Assembly: GCA_000182565.2 (NCBI GenBank)
Contig: KQ257461.1
Length of the DNA stretch: 41,955 nt
Strand: one strand, 5' to 3'
Source of the DNA: Spizellomyces punctatus DAOM BR117
Taxonomy: Eukaryota
Part shown: positions 37,601-41,955 of the stretch, one piece after another
Numbering within the stretch: position 1 is the stretch's first letter
Layout of the letters: each line of letters begins with the position of its first letter
Made by a program: the position numbers and the translations under genes
Notes under the pieces: generated by a model
Databases searched by the model: none
What the model saw: the letters and a program-made list of their open reading frames with translations, nothing else
What the model was told of the DNA's origin: nothing

Positions 37601-40600
37601 CTTGCTCACGTCCAGGAAGGATATCCTCAATCTCGGAAACGTGATAAACATCGTTTAGTGCCGTCCCACCGTCTCGTTTGGCTAGTAAAATCGACACGGA
37701 TTCCGCATTGACTTTTAAAACCACTGGGACTTGGACCCGGTACCCCTTGACCCAAGCCACTGGTGAAAAAACAATCGTGTCACTCTCTTGCTCTGACGGT
37801 GCTGGGTAAGTTGGAGGTCGCTGTATCGTTGGAGCTTCCACCTGCGTTCCACTAGCAGGATCCATCTTGGCTTGGACGTCCGGAGCAGGTCCCAATCGCG
37901 CAATGAGATTGGATAACTCGCCAAATGTGCTCTCACTCAGGACGGATTTCATACTTGCGTCTCCGCCACTAGAAGATTTGGCATCCAATCCGGAGGTACT
38001 CTTGCTGCTCTTGTGAGTTGCCTTCCGAAGAGATGGAGACGGAGGCGACGACGAGCCAACAGATTTGGACGGCGATGGACTCTCCTTTCCACCCAAATGA
38101 GAAACTGAGCGTCGGGTCAGCCGACTCGCAGCGGCTGCAAGGGTACTCTCGCTTCTAGTGGACGCAGTCACCACAGCCATTGCTGACGCATGTTGCTGCA
38201 ACCGCTCGATACGATCAAGGTTCAACGCCAAGTGCCGGTGCAATCGCAGCATGTCCAGATCGCTCACTCCGGTCTCAGTAGTCGGTCGTGGTCCATCTGT
38301 TGCCATAGGCGCCTGTAATTGTGTGTTCTTTTTCGTTTATTAACCATTGCTTGAGAGCGGCGTGAAACACACTTTTTCAACACTTACCGAAACATCTCTG
38401 AGAAACCCATGAACTCTAGTCACATTCTCCCTCAAAACATCATTGACACCGCTCATGAATGCTTCCTTGACACCAAAAAGCACATTGTTCGCCAAGTTTT
38501 GAACCACTTTGGTAATCAGGACGAGTCCTCTCCGCAACTCTCGGCGCAGCTCACTTGCTTCAACAATTCCATGCGTCTCTGGGGAGACGATAGCAGGGCA
38601 AAAGAAACGGAGGAACAGAAATCCTCCGACAGCCGTTACACGCGCATCAGGGAAGCGCGATCCGACCAACCGCCATACAATCGCACATGCTTCCCGTAAA
38701 GGTCGAGGAAACCGTGCAGGTCCCGGTCCAACGATACTATCCAAGATTCCCTGAGCTACAATTTTCAAGTTTCGGAGATTCGTCTCCTGGTTATCCGTTG
38801 GTGACAGCTTGACGGGATCTACTTCAAAGCTCATGGGAGGGCATCTTTCCGTGAGTTCCGAAATGAGCGGCTTTAACGTTCGAACGAGGTATTCCTGCCC
38901 TTGGGATTTTGCGTAAATCGTGAGCAACCTCGTCGCCATACTATTCCGACGGAACAAATTCGCTGGCGTGTCCGTATTGTCTACCTCTCGCTTTACCACC
39001 TTTTCTATAAGGTCCAACGCTTTCCCACGCCCCTCAAACACAGCGACAAGGACACCAGCAACCTCATCTACATCAGCTACAGGCGCAACTTCTCCCATCG
39101 CAACAGCAATATCCAGTCCCCCTTCCTGCTCAGTCAGTAGCTGTACGAGCTTTGCATACCGGTATTTGGTCATTTCCCCCGCGTCACCGAGTCCCCCAGA
39201 CAGTCGCTCTTGCGCGTCCCCGATTTTTAAGAAATTGGTCAACACGGCCGCAAAAGCCCCTCGTATCGATTCATCTGCGTGGTACATCATATTTAGAGTA
39301 GGGCCGAGTTGTACATCAATGTTTGAGGCAAGGAGATTGGTCAAAGCTTGAATCGTGTGCTCACGCAGAGCATTGCTTTGATGCTGCTGAGATGCTGTCG
39401 GATCTTCTTCAGACGCCCGCGATCGTAGCAAAACCTTTAGCAAGAATTCAAAGTACTTGCTAGCGGCGGAACCTTTAGATTTCGGGCCGTCCCGTCGTCG
39501 TTTCGAGAGCAAATACCCTTGTAAGGGGAGGTCATCCAGTAGCGCCACCATCGCCTTTACGCACGCCATATCTGCATCCCGCTGGAGCTTCATGACGTTG
39601 GCCACGGCATCCTCAGGGATATCCATATACTTACTGACCCCCTCGACCATTTTCCAACCCATGAGAGCTTGCAAAATGTCCCTCCGAACACGCATCTCTC
39701 CGGTAATTCGAATGATATCCCGCTTTGATATCAGAGCCTCCACTGCCAAACACAACCGAACTCGAATCCTCAGGCTCGTTGGGTCGACAATGACAAGCGT
39801 GTCCAAATACCGTAACAGCTGAGCAATGACGGAACCCAAATCCACGTCACCCAACAGTGCAGAGGACAAGACACTGCCAGCATCTGGCCTGTCAAAGGCC
39901 AACCGCAAAACCGATGCGAGATAGTCCACAAACAGAGTGTTTTTGGCTGTAAGCCGCGGTTCTTGGGTCGCCGAGTCAAACAATTGATTTGAGGTGAGAT
40001 GCGAGATGTGGGTGAACAAGATTCCTAAACAAGCTTATTAGAAAACCGAATACCACAGTCTTTCCACAGCTCTTCCACATGACTTACCGTACATGCCCTC
40101 TCCCAACTCTAACCCCAAGCATTCCTTTACGGCCTCCCGGATAACCACAGAATCGCATACCATCAGTTCAACAAGGTCAGCAATAAACTTTTCGACAGTG
40201 GCCCTCGCACCACTGTAGGCACTCATTAGTTGAACGCCTACCATCCCCGTCCATGGTACGGATACGCCCATATTTGCTTCGGGGTGCTCAAATACCAAGG
40301 CCGTTGATCCTGTTGATTTTCGTCTGTTGGCTGTTTTGTCAGACGTACCAGCTGCGGTCCGCCCAGATGTCCCATGCTGCATGGGCAGTTGGGAATGTTG
40401 CTGTTCGACAGCCATGGCACTCGCTTTCAAACAGACACCTCCTAAGGCGCACAGGAATGCCGTATAGTTGATCCATTCACCCTTCTCGTCCCCGGTGAAC
40501 ATTGCTAGGCCAATGCCACTCCCTCCTCTTTTGAGCTTCTTTCGACCATCATCTTCATTGTCTTGTGACCCAACCGTAGCAGTCCCTCCAGTCCACAATC

Positions 40601-41955
40601 CCGCATCGTTACCACCGGATTCACCCGCAGCGCCACCAGTATCAGTGCTGTTTGCCGTGCTCGCAGATACTGAGCGTCTTCTTCCTGATGGTCCTATACC
40701 AGACGTTTTCCAGCATTTGTAGACTTCTTCCCATGCGCCCATGTTGCCCGGAGTCGGAACGCTGATGGATCTCAGGATAGCTCTAGCACGCTTGTAGACC
40801 GCCTTTTGCCCTCCTGCGCCTCCACTGCCAAGTATAACCCGACAAACTTCCCGGTACACTATCAGATTCTCCATGAGAGGGGATGTTGCGGCTCCTCCGC
40901 TAGCAATGTCCTTTGATTCGCCAATCAATTCGCCTTCTTCCAAAGCAGCTTCCAGCCAAGAAGCCGCTGCCTTGCCCACAACCGCCGCATCACCCCAACT
41001 CCCAGCAAGTGCCACAAGAATAGCCACTTCCATAGCCACACTTGCCGCAAACCGATCAGGAATCTCCATCCCACTTCTCGATATTACAAGCCCGCGCCTC
41101 ATCAGAGTCCTGTTCCGCAGCCGGGTAAGCTCACTACCCAGCGTTAACAGCTCCTTCCCTTGTTCCGAGCTGCTGGTCAAATCTTCCAAGACAGCACGAG
41201 AAACACCAAGGAAAATTTGACTCGTTGAACGCCAAAACACTTTCATTGACTGTTCAGTGATTTGGGGGAAGTCCATTGTAACAGCTGCCGGAATGCGCCA
41301 GTCCGTCACAGACCCGTCCCAATAAGGAATCATATCCTGGGACATGAGCCGAGTTAGGACATGGCCCGCCAGGTCACGAATCGAAGGGTGTGGATCGAGC
41401 AGGCAAGATGTCAATCCGGCAAAGAGGTGACGCAGCTCTTCCGCGTTCAGAACGGTTGCTTCTTTCTACATGCGCACAATAAAACACATGTTATGAATGC
41501 CATCAAACATATAATAAAATGCAACTATGCACTGTCCGCTTCTCACCGCTAATGCCAACATCGGACATCTTGTCCACATTCTGAGTATGTCCCACACAAT
41601 TTGAAATCTCTCATTAGCTTCCTCTTGTTGTGCTTTCCGGAGTTTGCGGTCGGTCTGAGACGCTCGGAAGCCGCCCATTTTCTTTCCTTTAGGATCAATC
41701 GTATGCCGGTCGCGAGTAGTACTCTCCTAAGTAGGATGGGAACATGTGTTAACGCAAGGCCTTCCGAAACGTCAGCCGCCAAACTTACAGTGAACAAGTG
41801 CCGGATGTGTCCAGCTAGGCTTGCATCCACAGTGGGATTCCACGGCAGAGGATCTCCCTCTGCAACAATGCCCCAAAATGCCTTAACAAATGCCACCTTA
41901 TACAGTGGTGGCGCGCCAGGATCAGTCATAATGGCCACAACTGTTCGTAAAGTGC
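34685..41955 (-). CDS. NF1: Neurofibromin/Ira-like RasGAP, 3' part (5' end outside window), multi-exon
   Basis: LFRRNSMATRLL (arginine finger), GGFLFLRFFCPAIVSP, KVVQNLANNVLFGVKE, LNDVYHVSEIEDI (PH-like), GALLNAAFTNFGSEDVGVRRAAYELLCAI, STAFQYNPAIQPRAFIVLGCLA. Stop TGA at 34687-34685. Confidence 0.92.

Overview
Intron-rich eukaryotic DNA, not prokaryotic. Fungal-type genes (ENA P2D ATPase, FMP25-like, Nam8-like) sit beside animal-like ones (Flightless-I, HEATR6, PNKD-type glyoxalase II), which suggests an early-diverging, probably chytrid-type fungus (inference). I reconstructed 13 spliced genes by hand from GT-AG sites and remembered family motifs: dynein light chain LC8, HEATR6-like, oligopeptidase B, NAA40/Nat4, a 170-aa orphan, FMP25/RCC1-like, PNKD-like hydrolase, Nam8/TRNAU1AP-like RRM protein, ENA ATPase, a Flightless-I homolog, a 1151-aa protein with four copies of an unrecognised domain, histone H1, and the 3' part of a neurofibromin/Ira RasGAP. 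The left ~21.6 kb is compact and repeat-poor; the right part is microsatellite-rich and holds the unusual proteins. Best leads: (1) the four-repeat W...P...FL...aIP...F..W domain protein head-to-head with histone H1; (2) Flightless-I with its LRR domain apparently replaced by a coiled coil, leaving one LRR remnant; (3) neurofibromin lacking the Sec14 domain; (4) oligopeptidase B ending in the peroxisomal signal SRL. I found no supportable tRNA, rRNA, CRISPR array or transposon. All family calls come from recalled motifs, not database searches.
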